64,000 bases of DNA from Janthinobacterium lividum (GCA_050954545.1 JBPBQB010000288.1:1291-65290); one strand, 5' to 3'; counted from the stretch's first letter, positions 16,768-26,796 are shown. The notes: generated by a model from the sequence alone, not told the origin. Made by a program: numbers and translations.

Positions 16768-17861
16768 AACGGCTGCTGCTTTCGGGCTATTACGGCTACG
16801 GCAACGCCGGGGATGAGGCTGTGCTTGCGGGTCTGCTGACCGGCTTCCGGGCTTCTGCCTCTGCCGCTGACCTGGAGCTGACTGTGCTTTCCGGTAATCC
16901 GTCTGAGACGCGCACGGCGCATGGTGTCGATGCCGTAGATCGGTACCGGCCCTCCGCGCTTCTGCCGGCGATTGCCCACTGCGACTTGTTTCTCTCCGGC
17001 GGCGGCAGCTTATTGCAGGATGTGACTTCGGCGCACGGCATCTTTTACTATCTCGGCGTCGTCCGGCTGGCTCAGATGCTTGGCAAAAAGACAATGTTCA
17101 TCGCACAGGGCATCGGCCCTCTGAAGCTGGCCCGATCTCGTAAGCTGGTAGCATCTGTCGCCAACAAGCTGAGTGCCATCACTGTCCGCGATCCCGATTC
17201 GGCTCAACTGCTCCGCGAAATCGGTGTGATACGTCCGCCCATCGAAGTCACCGCCGACCCTGCCCTACTCTTATCCCCTTCTCCTATCCCCTCTAACTCC
17301 CCCAGAATTGGGGGCCGGGGGGCCTCCTCTTTTGGCGTTGCCCTGCGGCCCTGGCATGGGCAGGAGGAGATCGGCGCTCAAGTCACTGACGCTTGCTTCA
17401 GCAGCCTCGGCACTCAGAAGCCGCTGCTGATTCCTATGCAGCCTGCAAGCGATACGCCGGTCGCGGAACAATTCAGGCAGAAATGGGCTCTGCTATCAGG
17501 GCAGGCGAACGCTGCCACGCTTTGCACAGCGACCGACGGACTCGGGCCGCTCTTGTCAATCATCGCCGGGTGTGATATGATGGTAGGGATGCGGCTTCAT
17601 GCCTTGATCTTAGCCGCCGCCGCCGGTGTCCCCTCGGTGGCATTGTCCTACGACCCGAAAGTGACGGCTTTCATGCAGAGCAGCGGCCAGGGCGATGCCG
17701 TTTACGATCTGAACGCACCGTTGGACACGCTGACCAGTCTGCTGGCCCGTGTCTGGGCGGAGCGTTTGGCCCGAGCCGCCGCGCTCGACGCTGCACTGCC
17801 GGGCCTGCGGGCACAGGCGACCCGTAACATAGAAATCGCGCTGAAACAGCTTTCGCTTTAA
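16764..17861 (+). CDS. csaB: polysaccharide pyruvyl transferase CsaB
   Basis: MKRLLLSGYYGYGNAGDEAVLAGLL is the characteristic CsaB N-terminus. Confidence 0.8.
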   Translation: MKRLLLSGYYGYGNAGDEAVLAGLLTGFRASASAADLELTVLSGNPSETRTAHGVDAVDRYRPSALLPAIAHCDLFLSGGGSLLQDVTSAHGIFYYLGVVRLAQMLGKKTMFIAQGIGPLKLARSRKLVASVANKLSAITVRDPDSAQLLREIGVIRPPIEVTADPALLLSPSPIPSNSPRIGGRGASSFGVALRPWHGQEEIGAQVTDACFSSLGTQKPLLIPMQPASDTPVAEQFRQKWALLSGQANAATLCTATDGLGPLLSIIAGCDMMVGMRLHALILAAAAGVPSVALSYDPKVTAFMQSSGQGDAVYDLNAPLDTLTSLLARVWAERLARAAALDAALPGLRAQATRNIEIALKQLSL

Positions 17862-17912
17862 CTTGCTTCACCAGCCACTTATGATCTCCTGCACGAAAGG
17901 GAATATGACTCG

Positions 17913-19532
17913 ATGACTACTCAGACAACGCGGAGCGCACTGCTGCTGCTGGCCGCCGGAGGCACCGCGCTTCTTGCCGGCTGCGGAGGCGGCGGCAGCA
18001 ACGGCAACTTGGGTTCCAGTACCACTGGAACTACGGGGACAACAGGAACCACAACGACAGGTACCTCCACCGGCACGAATAATACGTCGCAGATCGTCGG
18101 CAAAGTCACAGATGTCAATGGCACCGGCGTTTCCGGCGTCAGCATCGCCGTGGATACCGGCGGTCAAATCACCACTACCATCAGCACGGGCGGTTACCGG
18201 CTTAATAACCTGACTGGAAACGTCGCGCACACGATTACCGCGTCTGTGACACAGAATGCCATTCAGTACACCGGCAGTACGCAGGTCTTTACGTCCCCAG
18301 GCAACCTGGTTTCCAACGCCAACATCCTCCTTTCGCCCACCAGTCAGCAGGCGACTGTCAAGGGTACGGTGACTGACAGCACCGGCAGCCCCATTGCCGG
18401 GGCAAGCGTTTACCTGGCAGTCCCGAATGTCGCGCTGGCCGGGACTTCTGGGACTTATTCGTCGCTGGTAGCGTTCACAGACAGCACCGGATTCTACCAG
18501 ATCAAGAACGTCCCCTCCAGCCTGCCTGCCGGGAGCCTGAAGATGACGGCCGCAGCTTCTACGACTACGACGGCGTACCAGAACTCGAACGCCACCCTGG
18601 CCCAGAATACCATCACGCCTGGAAGTGTCTCGACCCAGAACTTCACGCTCACCGCTTCGTCCGGCACGGTGGCAGATGTCCCCGTTGTTCAGAGCATCAA
18701 TGCATTCACGCAGCCGACCGACGGCCTTACCGGCAGTGCGCTCCAGGCCCGGCTTGCGACAGGCACTGTCTACGAGGGCCTGCGCCGCAAGCTGTCTCCG
18801 AGCTATGCCAGCTTCGTTTCCCGCAAGCGCAGCTACGGCAAACGCCTGACCTCCCGCGCTGTCAGCGGCAGCTACGCCGTCGAGACCGATCTTGCCTTCA
18901 CCCCGCCTTCTGCCACCGACACCAACCTTCTAGGGTATTACATTTACCAGACGACCGGTTCGGTGACCACAAATCCGCCCACCGAGGCCAAAAGTGGAAC
19001 CAGTGCCGACTTCTATGATTCGCTCCTCGACCCGCTGGCAAATTACTACACGGATCTGACTGCCAGCACCGATGCGAGCAGCTTCTCGTATGCCGGGGGC
19101 TCAACCTACAACTTCGCCATCAGCTCAATCGCCCCCGCCCCTGCCGGCGGAACAACCAACATCCTTGAGTCCGCCCTGTCCGCTCCGATCACGATCACCC
19201 CGCTCAGCCCGCTGACCCTGAGTGTCCCTGCCGTGAACGCGACAGTCACCACCCCGGTCACGCTGACCTGGACTCCCGTCGCCGGTGCGACCAAGTACTA
19301 CGTGTTCATCTACACCCAGTACCCGACCATCGACACGACGCCGATCTACCAGAGCAGCACCCCTCTCGCTGCCGGAACCAGCACCACAAGCGTAGTCCTC
19401 ACCGGTGGCAGCGTCACCTACTACGCCGTCGTCGTCGGCACCGCCGATGAAACCGAAACCGTCGGTGCGACAACGCCCGTCGTCAACGCCGCCCAGACTT
19501 ACAGCGAAATCACGCAGTTCATCGTTCAGTAA
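17913..19532 (+). CDS. Thr/Ser-rich lipoprotein with carboxypeptidase-regulatory-like repeats
   Basis: Lipobox LLAGCGG. GKVTDVNGTGVSGVSI and GTVTDSTGSPIAGASVYL segments. Poly-T/G linker. Confidence 0.55.
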   Translation: MTTQTTRSALLLLAAGGTALLAGCGGGGSNGNLGSSTTGTTGTTGTTTTGTSTGTNNTSQIVGKVTDVNGTGVSGVSIAVDTGGQITTTISTGGYRLNNLTGNVAHTITASVTQNAIQYTGSTQVFTSPGNLVSNANILLSPTSQQATVKGTVTDSTGSPIAGASVYLAVPNVALAGTSGTYSSLVAFTDSTGFYQIKNVPSSLPAGSLKMTAAASTTTTAYQNSNATLAQNTITPGSVSTQNFTLTASSGTVADVPVVQSINAFTQPTDGLTGSALQARLATGTVYEGLRRKLSPSYASFVSRKRSYGKRLTSRAVSGSYAVETDLAFTPPSATDTNLLGYYIYQTTGSVTTNPPTEAKSGTSADFYDSLLDPLANYYTDLTASTDASSFSYAGGSTYNFAISSIAPAPAGGTTNILESALSAPITITPLSPLTLSVPAVNATVTTPVTLTWTPVAGATKYYVFIYTQYPTIDTTPIYQSSTPLAAGTSTTSVVLTGGSVTYYAVVVGTADETETVGATTPVVNAAQTYSEITQFIVQ

Positions 19533-19615
19533 AAAGAACCTCACCCTGCCGCTGCGCGTCGACCCTCTCCTTGCTAAGGAGAGGGTCGGAATGGAGTTCC
19601 GGGGTGAGGTTCTTT
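19533..19615 (+). terminator. nested palindromic element / probable terminator after the lipoprotein gene
   Basis: Outer stem AAAGAACCTCACCC / GGGGTGAGGTTCTTT. Inner hairpin GACCCTCTCC-7-GGAGAGGGTC. T-rich tail. Confidence 0.6.
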
Positions 19616-19670
19616 CTTTTCCTGCTGAATAAGCAGCAGTGTGATGAGCACGGTTCAGTAGGTGTGAGTT

Positions 19671-21230
19671 ATGGTCACAAAGTTTTTACCTCGTCCACTA
19701 TCATTCCTTTTATTATTGCTTTCGCAGACTTTAGCTATGATTGTCTTCCTGACGATCCATGTGCCTTCTCAGGCATCAATCCTTCATAGTTCAGGCATCA
19801 ACGCGATTGGTCTGGAATCATTACCTGCTTCTGCCAAAGAGAAATTATCTACATCAATCCCATTCATCCAAGACTCACAGAATTCTTTGACCGCTGTTTC
19901 CGTGCGGATCAACGGTCACGATCCGATGCAATTTTTAATTGATACGGGATTGAACCAACCCATCATCATTCAAAAATGGGCAGCCGATCAACTGAAACTT
20001 GTTCCTTCACAAAAGTCCAGCCAATTTTCGCCTAAGATTCACCCTTTCCCAATGACAACGCTGCAAAGTCTCGTCGTCAAAGCGATGGGAGATGACAAAG
20101 ATATTGAGTATGACTCTTTTCCAGCATACATCTCAGATGTCGAATTGCCGAGTTCAAGCACCTCGCATATCGCAGGCGTTTTGGGGTTACCACTGTTTTA
20201 TCAGTTGGTGATGCAGCTAGATTTTTCTCAGCATATCATCAACCTTTCGGAACAACTTGACCACTCACAATTAGAGCCAAATGCGGTTGTTCTGCTACTG
20301 AACCAGCCTGATCCAACAAATGTGCGATTATTCGTGGCTTTTCCGCTGGATTTCGGAACAACTGTCTCGAATAATTTGTTGCTGGATACAGGCGCGAACC
20401 ATTCTTCCTTATCTGAGGCGGTTGTTTCTTCTCTACACCCATCAGTAATGAACGTGGCGTCACAACTTACCGTTGAAGGTTGGGGTCAAAAAAACTTTGC
20501 TTTTGTACCCAAACTCAGCATCGGCAGCTTTGTGATTTCTGGTCTTTGTGTAAGGTCCCTTAACTCTCAGAAAGATGGACTTTCTGCTAATGCCATCGGC
20601 ATGGATATTTTGGAACATTTCCGGGTCACACTCGACTTCCCCGGAAAGCAGATGTTTCTGGACAAGTTTGACAACAAACCGTCGACAAGTGCTCCGACCA
20701 CGACGGGTATTCAGCTAAAAAAACGGGGCACCGGATTCTTTGTCCAGCGCGTCTTGCCCCTCTCGCCCGCTGAAAAAGCCTCCGTTCATGTCGGCGATAA
20801 AGTGACTCAGGTTGACGGAATTGACCTTGCTTCTTACAGCGTCGAATCGGCCCAGCAACTTCTTGACGGTGATGCAGGCGCTGACGCAAAAATCATTGCA
20901 GTCTCTGCCAATGGCAATTCACGACAAATTACATTGCCTCGTTTAACCCTTTATGATGCCTCGCTGTATCCTGACTACGGTTTCTTAGCCATCAAGAGAT
21001 CATCGGACCAAGCTATTCTCGTCGGATACATCTTGTGTTCTTCGCCTGCCTGGAAAGCAGGAATACGGGCAGGGGATGTCCTCACTGCAATCAACAAAAC
21101 TCCCGTCAAGACCACTGACCAGGCAAGAACCTTGCTCAAACCCTGGCCGCAAAAGGCAGTGACACTAAAGATACGGCGTGAAGGCAAGCCGCAATCAATG
21201 ACACTTGACAAAACATTGACATTCCACTGA
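19671..21230 (+). CDS. exported retropepsin-like aspartyl protease (two DTG lobes) fused to two PDZ domains
   Basis: FLIDTGLNQPII and LLLDTGANHSSLS motifs. C-terminal GDKVTQVDGIDL and GDVLTAINKTPV PDZ-like segments. N-terminal hydrophobic signal. Confidence 0.6.
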   Translation: MVTKFLPRPLSFLLLLLSQTLAMIVFLTIHVPSQASILHSSGINAIGLESLPASAKEKLSTSIPFIQDSQNSLTAVSVRINGHDPMQFLIDTGLNQPIIIQKWAADQLKLVPSQKSSQFSPKIHPFPMTTLQSLVVKAMGDDKDIEYDSFPAYISDVELPSSSTSHIAGVLGLPLFYQLVMQLDFSQHIINLSEQLDHSQLEPNAVVLLLNQPDPTNVRLFVAFPLDFGTTVSNNLLLDTGANHSSLSEAVVSSLHPSVMNVASQLTVEGWGQKNFAFVPKLSIGSFVISGLCVRSLNSQKDGLSANAIGMDILEHFRVTLDFPGKQMFLDKFDNKPSTSAPTTTGIQLKKRGTGFFVQRVLPLSPAEKASVHVGDKVTQVDGIDLASYSVESAQQLLDGDAGADAKIIAVSANGNSRQITLPRLTLYDASLYPDYGFLAIKRSSDQAILVGYILCSSPAWKAGIRAGDVLTAINKTPVKTTDQARTLLKPWPQKAVTLKIRREGKPQSMTLDKTLTFH

Positions 21231-21286
21231 TTATGGAAAGTAGAGGTTGTAAAATGGGATTAGTCTAGCAGGTCTTTCCTGATACC

Positions 21287-21733
21287 TTACTTCTTCTGCT
21301 GAATGAGCAGGACTCCGGTCACGACTAGAATGCCGCCTACGATGCGCCACCCGCTGAGGGGCGCACGGGGAACACCCAGCCAGCCGAACGAATCCAGCAC
21401 CAGCGCAGCGGCCATCTGCCCGAAGACGGCGCAGGAGATCACGACGGCGGCTCCCACCCGTGGCACTCCGATGACGGCCAGTGTCACATAAAATGCCCCA
21501 AACAGCCCGCCGATCCAGATCCACCACGGATTACTGCTGAGATCCGGCATCCGCCCCCGCCCGAACGCGCCCAGCGCCGCGAGGATGCCCAGCGGCACGG
21601 CTCCCACTAAGAACGAGATCAATGCACTTAGCACCGGCGCTCCGACCGCTTCCCGCAGCCGCGCGTTCACTGCGGCTTGCAGTGTCAGCCCGATCCCGCC
21701 CAGCATCAGCAGCAAGATAATCACGATTTGCAT
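21287..21733 (-). CDS. DMT-superfamily small transporter (YdcZ/DUF606-like)
   Basis: 148 aa, 5 hydrophobic helices. MQIVIILLLMLGGIGLTLQAAVNARL. Confidence 0.65.
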   Translation of the reverse strand: MQIVIILLLMLGGIGLTLQAAVNARLREAVGAPVLSALISFLVGAVPLGILAALGAFGRGRMPDLSSNPWWIWIGGLFGAFYVTLAVIGVPRVGAAVVISCAVFGQMAAALVLDSFGWLGVPRAPLSGWRIVGGILVVTGVLLIQQKK

Positions 21734-21736
21734 AGG

Positions 21737-22156
21737 TTACGCTTCCACTGCCTGCGGCTTTTGCGCCCGCGTTGCCCGTTTCTTGACAGTGCCATTCGAT
21801 TTAGACGTCGTGGATTGATCCTCGGCACCAGAAATCTGCGTCGACGGGCCTGTAATCACTGCCGCAAGCTCGCCGCGTGTCATTCCTGTGGCAAGCAAAG
21901 CGCGGATCATTAAATCTAGCGAGACATGAGGATCGCCCGCTTCGATTTTAGCAACCCGAGATTGACTGGAATGGATTTTCTCGGCGAGTTCCGCCTGCGA
22001 TAAGCCGCTTATCTTGCGCTGCTGCTGAAGAGCATAAGTCAGATTGAGCTTAATTTCGATAAGCTCACTCTGTTCTGGCGTCAATCCCAGAAACTCCGCA
22101 ACTGTCACGCTCACATACCCTGCCGCCTCCAGCCTTTTGCGCTTTTCTTCATCCAT
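21737..22156 (-). CDS. XRE-family HTH antitoxin
   Basis: ISGLSQAELAEKIHSSQSRVAKIEAG HTH. Downstream of the toxin gene on the same strand. Confidence 0.7.
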   Translation of the reverse strand: MDEEKRKRLEAAGYVSVTVAEFLGLTPEQSELIEIKLNLTYALQQQRKISGLSQAELAEKIHSSQSRVAKIEAGDPHVSLDLMIRALLATGMTRGELAAVITGPSTQISGAEDQSTTSKSNGTVKKRATRAQKPQAVEA

Positions 22157-22191
22157 AAGAGATAACCTGTACTTTCTTTGGAGTAATGAAA

Positions 22192-22518
22192 TTACTCATT
22201 GTCATAATCCGCAAGCCGCTTGCGGCAACTATCGATTACATTTTCAGGCGTTGCCTCTGTTTTCTTAGCAAAGACATCCGCCACTAAGATTGTATCGCTA
22301 TCTATACGGTACACTATTCGCCAGTTGATGTCATGGTCACGTATTCTGAGTTCGTGACACCTTGGTCCAATCGACGGCATCGGACGCGAGTGAGGCATGG
22401 ACAGCATCTTCCCCTGCTGAAGCTGGCGCAGGAAGTATCCAGTTTCATCTTGAGCTTCTTCACTGAACGGTGGCTTCTTTAGCGTCCCATGTAGCAGAAC
22501 CAACTTTTTATCTCTCAT
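22192..22518 (-). CDS. RelE/HigB-type toxin (Gp49-like)
   Basis: MRDKKLVLLHG... HELRIRDHDINWRIVYRIDSDTILVADVFAKKT. AAGGAAG lies before ATG 22518. Confidence 0.7.
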   Translation of the reverse strand: MRDKKLVLLHGTLKKPPFSEEAQDETGYFLRQLQQGKMLSMPHSRPMPSIGPRCHELRIRDHDINWRIVYRIDSDTILVADVFAKKTEATPENVIDSCRKRLADYDNE

Positions 22519-22622
22519 ACAAACTTCCTTGTCACGATTATTATATGTCAAAAATGACATAAATGTCAATCGATATGTTTGGGGCCTTTTCAGCGGTGAA
22601 GTGGCTCTCTTAGTATAGAAAA

Positions 22623-23531
22623 TTGTTTTTGAGGATCATTTTGGCAGACACAGAAGATTGGCTAACACAGGCGACAAACCCGCATTGTACGCTGGCGCAG
22701 AAACATACCGCATTTGACCATCTGGTAAGGAATTATCAGGACATGGCCTTCGGCTGCGCGTATGCGATTTTAGGGGACTTTCAATGCGCTGAAGACGCCG
22801 CTCAGGACGCTTTTCTCGCGGCCTGGCAGCATCTGGGGCAGCTTGTGTATCCGGCAGCTTTTCCTGGCTGGCTGAGGCGCATCGTCGTTACTCAATGCCG
22901 GCGGCAGACACGAAATAGGCGGCTGAACACGATTTCGCTGGACGATGTTGCACTTCAAGCGGACGGGAATATGGCACTCATCGCAGAGCAGCAAGAAACG
23001 CATGGCGAACTGACAGCAGCAATTGGACAACTGCCTGAAGGCGAACGGATCGTGGTTGTCTTGTTTTATCTCAACGAGTACTCGCAGCGCGAGATCGCGG
23101 CTTTCTTGGATATTTCCGAGAGCACCGTCAAAAAGCGCCTGGCCTCAGCCCGCAAGCGGCTGAAAGAAGGGATGACAGTGGTAATGGAAGACCAATTGAA
23201 ACAGCAGCGCCCGTCACGTGATGACGATTTCGAGAAGAAGATTTCTCAGTTTACGCTTGGATTTTCCGTGCTGATTGACGGCGGCGAGTCCATTGTCCGC
23301 TCCCTGCTGACACTCGCTCATCAGCAGGAGGACAGCCTATTCCAGCAGGCTTTAACGCAGATCAGGCTGGATATCGAGACGGCGAGTGATTTCACCCATG
23401 CCCTCTCAGATGCCCTCGCCAAGTATCCGCAATTCTTCCATGAACAGTATGTGGCGCAGGTGCGGGCGGGAGAACAAAGCGACCTGCGAGTAGCCTTTCA
23501 TTCCTTGGCTGTCTCTGACAAGAAGCAGTAG
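22623..23531 (+). CDS. ECF-type sigma-70 family factor with ~110-aa C-terminal extension
   Basis: Region 2 AEDAAQDAFLAAWQHLGQL. Region 4 YSQREIAAFLDISESTVKKRLASARKRLKE ends near residue 190 of 302. TTG start uncertain. Confidence 0.8.
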   Translation: MFLRIILADTEDWLTQATNPHCTLAQKHTAFDHLVRNYQDMAFGCAYAILGDFQCAEDAAQDAFLAAWQHLGQLVYPAAFPGWLRRIVVTQCRRQTRNRRLNTISLDDVALQADGNMALIAEQQETHGELTAAIGQLPEGERIVVVLFYLNEYSQREIAAFLDISESTVKKRLASARKRLKEGMTVVMEDQLKQQRPSRDDDFEKKISQFTLGFSVLIDGGESIVRSLLTLAHQQEDSLFQQALTQIRLDIETASDFTHALSDALAKYPQFFHEQYVAQVRAGEQSDLRVAFHSLAVSDKKQ

Positions 23532-23618
23532 ATGCAGTTATCTTCCGGCCCCGACGGCATTCACATAGCCGGATCATAATCTGCGGGAACTATCTTTTCT
23601 GATTTGGTATTCTGTCTA

Positions 23619-23638
23619 TTGAGTGTGCTAAACTCAAG
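23619..23638 (+). promoter_or_regulatory. HAIR-like operator (HspR binding-site consensus) upstream of hsp20-lon
   Basis: TTGAGT-GTGCTAA-ACTCAAG versus consensus CTTGAGT-N7-ACTCAAG. 94 nt before the hsp20 ATG. Confidence 0.6.
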
Positions 23639-23731
23639 TAACTTCCGAAAAAATCACCGATTGGGAACTGTGCATTCGGGTATCATCGTAGACAGCACCA
23701 ACCCAATTCGAAAAGACACAGGAGACGCAAC

Positions 23732-24232
23732 ATGGCGTTTAACGATTACCGCGACATTATTCGGCAGATGGAACGCGAAATGCAGCAGTTGTCCGATGAG
23801 GCGTTTCGCGGCTTCTTTGCCATTCCCGCCGGCGGGGCAGGCCGGTTCTGGCAGCCGCCAATCGATATTCATGAAACCGACGAAGCCATTCTGGTCAAAG
23901 TCGAGCTGGCCGGGGTCAAAGCCGACGATCTGCAAGTGTCGCTGACGCCTGATGACCGCATCCTGAATATCAGCGGCTCACGCAGCGAAAGCTCTCGGGA
24001 CCGGGAAGGCCGCACCCGCTGTCATCAGATGGAGATCTATTTTGGACCGTTTGAGCGGGCAGTCGCCCTGCCGAGCGGTATTCGACTCGACCGCGATGCG
24101 ATCAAAGCGACGTACCGAGAAGGCTTTTTGCTGGTGGCTCTGCCAAAGAAGCGCAGCGCCGAGCAGGCTGGACCGCAGATTATTCCGATCAGCACCGAAG
24201 AGACTACACAAGAAAACGAGGACAACAAGTAA
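23732..24232 (+). CDS. Hsp20/alpha-crystallin small heat-shock protein
   Basis: Alpha-crystallin domain PPIDIHETDEAILVKVELAGVKADDLQVSL. Confidence 0.85.
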   Translation: MAFNDYRDIIRQMEREMQQLSDEAFRGFFAIPAGGAGRFWQPPIDIHETDEAILVKVELAGVKADDLQVSLTPDDRILNISGSRSESSRDREGRTRCHQMEIYFGPFERAVALPSGIRLDRDAIKATYREGFLLVALPKKRSAEQAGPQIIPISTEETTQENEDNK

Positions 24233-24234
24233 CC

Positions 24235-26796
24235 ATGTCCGATTATAATAACGAAAACGAAGAAATACAAACACCGGTGGACGCCATCGCCGAAGATATG
24301 CCGATTGAAGGCGAAGTCGCCGAGCAGATCGTCAAACAGATCAATCAGGATGGCGACGGCCATCCGCCGATCCCCGAAGAGCTGGCATTATTGCCTCTGC
24401 GCGATACGGTCATTTTTCCGGTGCTGGTCGCCCCGATCGCCGTGGGCCGCGAAAACAGCATCAAATTGGTCGACGAAGCCGTGTCCGGCGGCGACCGTAT
24501 CATTGGCGTCGTCGCGCTCAAAGATTCGTCGGTGGAGAACCCCAGCGCAGGCGATATTTACCCGATGGGCGTCGCAGTCATCGTCCGCATGATGGCGAAA
24601 GTCCCGGATGGCATCCGTATGATCGTTCAGGGCGTGGCACGGATCCAGATCCAGCAGATCACGAGCGAAGAGCCGTATCTGAAGGCGCGGGTCAAAGTGC
24701 TGGATGCCAAGACAGAGATTGCGGAAGAAGATAAAGTCGAGATCGAGGCTCTGAAGCGCTCTATCGGCGAACTGTTCCGCAAGACCGTCGCTCTGTCTCA
24801 AAATATGCCTGATGAGCTTGGCGGCCTGTCGACGTCGATTGACGACCCTGCTGTGATGACTGACCTTATCGCCGCGCATTCGCCGATCAGCCCGGAAGAC
24901 AAGCAGAAGATCTTAGAAACGGTCAACCTGAAAGACCGGATGAACGCGCTTCTGACTCTGATGACCGCCGAAGTGCAGGTGCTGGAGCTTGGCTCGAAAT
25001 TGCAGTCTCAGGTGTCGTCGGAGATCAACAAGACTCAGCGCGATTACTACCTGCGTGAGCAGCTCAAAGCCATTCAGAAAGAACTGGGCGATGGCGACGA
25101 CCGTGGCGACGAGATGGAAGAGCTGCGGGCGAAGATCGACGAAGCCCATATGCCCGAAGATGCCTTGAAAGAGGCGAACCGGGAGCTGGAGCGCCTTCAG
25201 CGCATGTCGCCGGGAGCGCCCGACTACACCACGACCCGAACCTATCTGGACTGGCTCGTTGCCATGCCGTGGGACAAGTCCACGCCTGATAACCTGGACA
25301 TTCCGAGTGTCAAGAAGACCCTAGACGAAGACCACTTCGGCTTGGAGAAGATCAAGGACCGGATTCTCGAATATCTCTCGGTCCGCAAGTTCAAGCCCGA
25401 AGGCGATCTGCGTCAGCCCATCCTGTGCCTGACCGGCCCTCCCGGTGTCGGCAAGACCAGTTTGGCAAAGTCTATCGCCAGTGCGATGGGCAAGAAGTTC
25501 GTGAGAATCAGCCTCGGCGGCACTCACGACGAGTCCGAGATTCGCGGCCACCGGCGTACCTATATCGGCGCACTGCCGGGCCAGATCATTCAGGGCATCA
25601 AACGGGCTGAAAGCAACAACCCGCTGTTTGTGCTGGACGAGATCGACAAGGTCGGCGCAGACTATCGGGGCGACCCGTCTTCGGCACTTTTAGAAGCGCT
25701 GGACCCGGAGCAGAACGCGACGTTCCGTGACAACTACTTGGATGTCAACTTTGACCTCTCTAAAGTGCTGTTCGTGACGACGGCCAATCAGCTTGACACC
25801 ATTCAGCCCGCACTGCGGGACCGGATGGAAATTATCGAGCTGTCGGGCTACACGGAAGAAGAGAAAGTCCAGATCGCCGTGCGTCATCTGGTGCCGAAGC
25901 AGCTTGGCGAACATGGCCTGACTGCGGTGAAGTTCACTGAAGACGGTGTCAAAGCCCTCGTTCGCGGCTACACCCGAGAAGCAGGTGTTCGTTCACTGGA
26001 GCGTCAGATCGCTGCGGTCTGCCGTAAAGCCACCCGCGAGTTCGCCGAAGGCCGCAAGGCATCGATGACCATCAACGCCAAGCAGATCGAGAAGTACCTG
26101 GGTTCGCCCCGCTTCGAGTACGAGGAAGTGGCTGAGCGGACCGAGCAGCCGGGTGTGGTCACAGGCCTTGTCTGGACACCTGTCGGCGGCGACGTCGTCT
26201 TTATCGAAGCCAGCCGCATGGATGGCGGCAAGGGTCTGCAGCTCACGGGTCAGTTGGGCGATGTCATGAAGGAGTCGGCACAGACCGCGCTCTCTTACGT
26301 CCGCGCTCACGCTCAGGCGCTGAATATCAAGCCGGACTTCTACGAGAAGTCTGACCTTCATATTCACGTCCCTGCCGGCGGTGTGCCGAAGGATGGCCCG
26401 AGCGCGGGTGTCACGATGACTTCCGCCATCGCGTCCCTGCTGACAGGCCGCCCGATCAAGCAGGCCCTGGCAATGACTGGTGAGGTAACGCTGAGCGGGA
26501 AAGTGCTTCCCGTCGGCGGCATCAAAGAGAAGGTGCTGGCGGCAAAGCGAGCGGGGATCAAGACGATCATCCTGCCCGAGCGCAACCGCAAGGACTTGAT
26601 GGAAGAGATCCCAGCCGAGCTTCGTAAGGGAATGTCGTTTATCTTCGCTAAGAATGTCCACGAAGTCATCGACGCTGCCCTGGAGCCGCTGGACATGCCG
26701 AAGCCCGAGAAGGCCAAAAGCAAAGTCCGTCTAAAGACGATGGAGACCGCTCCGCCGTCCGCCGACATCGTCGCCAACGTCCCAAGCGCCGCTTGA
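24235..26796 (+). CDS. lon: ATP-dependent Lon protease
   Basis: Walker [10 protein letters not shown], catalytic PKDGPSAG, 853 aa. Starts 3 nt after hsp20. Confidence 0.95.
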   Translation: MSDYNNENEEIQTPVDAIAEDMPIEGEVAEQIVKQINQDGDGHPPIPEELALLPLRDTVIFPVLVAPIAVGRENSIKLVDEAVSGGDRIIGVVALKDSSVENPSAGDIYPMGVAVIVRMMAKVPDGIRMIVQGVARIQIQQITSEEPYLKARVKVLDAKTEIAEEDKVEIEALKRSIGELFRKTVALSQNMPDELGGLSTSIDDPAVMTDLIAAHSPISPEDKQKILETVNLKDRMNALLTLMTAEVQVLELGSKLQSQVSSEINKTQRDYYLREQLKAIQKELGDGDDRGDEMEELRAKIDEAHMPEDALKEANRELERLQRMSPGAPDYTTTRTYLDWLVAMPWDKSTPDNLDIPSVKKTLDEDHFGLEKIKDRILEYLSVRKFKPEGDLRQPILCLTGPPGVGKTSLAKSIASAMGKKFVRISLGGTHDESEIRGHRRTYIGALPGQIIQGIKRAESNNPLFVLDEIDKVGADYRGDPSSALLEALDPEQNATFRDNYLDVNFDLSKVLFVTTANQLDTIQPALRDRMEIIELSGYTEEEKVQIAVRHLVPKQLGEHGLTAVKFTEDGVKALVRGYTREAGVRSLERQIAAVCRKATREFAEGRKASMTINAKQIEKYLGSPRFEYEEVAERTEQPGVVTGLVWTPVGGDVVFIEASRMDGGKGLQLTGQLGDVMKESAQTALSYVRAHAQALNIKPDFYEKSDLHIHVPAGGVPKDGPSAGVTMTSAIASLLTGRPIKQALAMTGEVTLSGKVLPVGGIKEKVLAAKRAGIKTIILPERNRKDLMEEIPAELRKGMSFIFAKNVHEVIDAALEPLDMPKPEKAKSKVRLKTMETAPPSADIVANVPSAA

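Noticed and set aside
23613-23640. Possible CIRCE (HrcA) operator, because of GAGTGTGCTAA
   Set aside because: Only one imperfect half-site resembles GAGTGCTAA, and there is no TTAGCACTC partner 9 nt upstream. The palindrome that is actually present is TTGAGT-N7-ACTCAAG, which fits HAIR instead.
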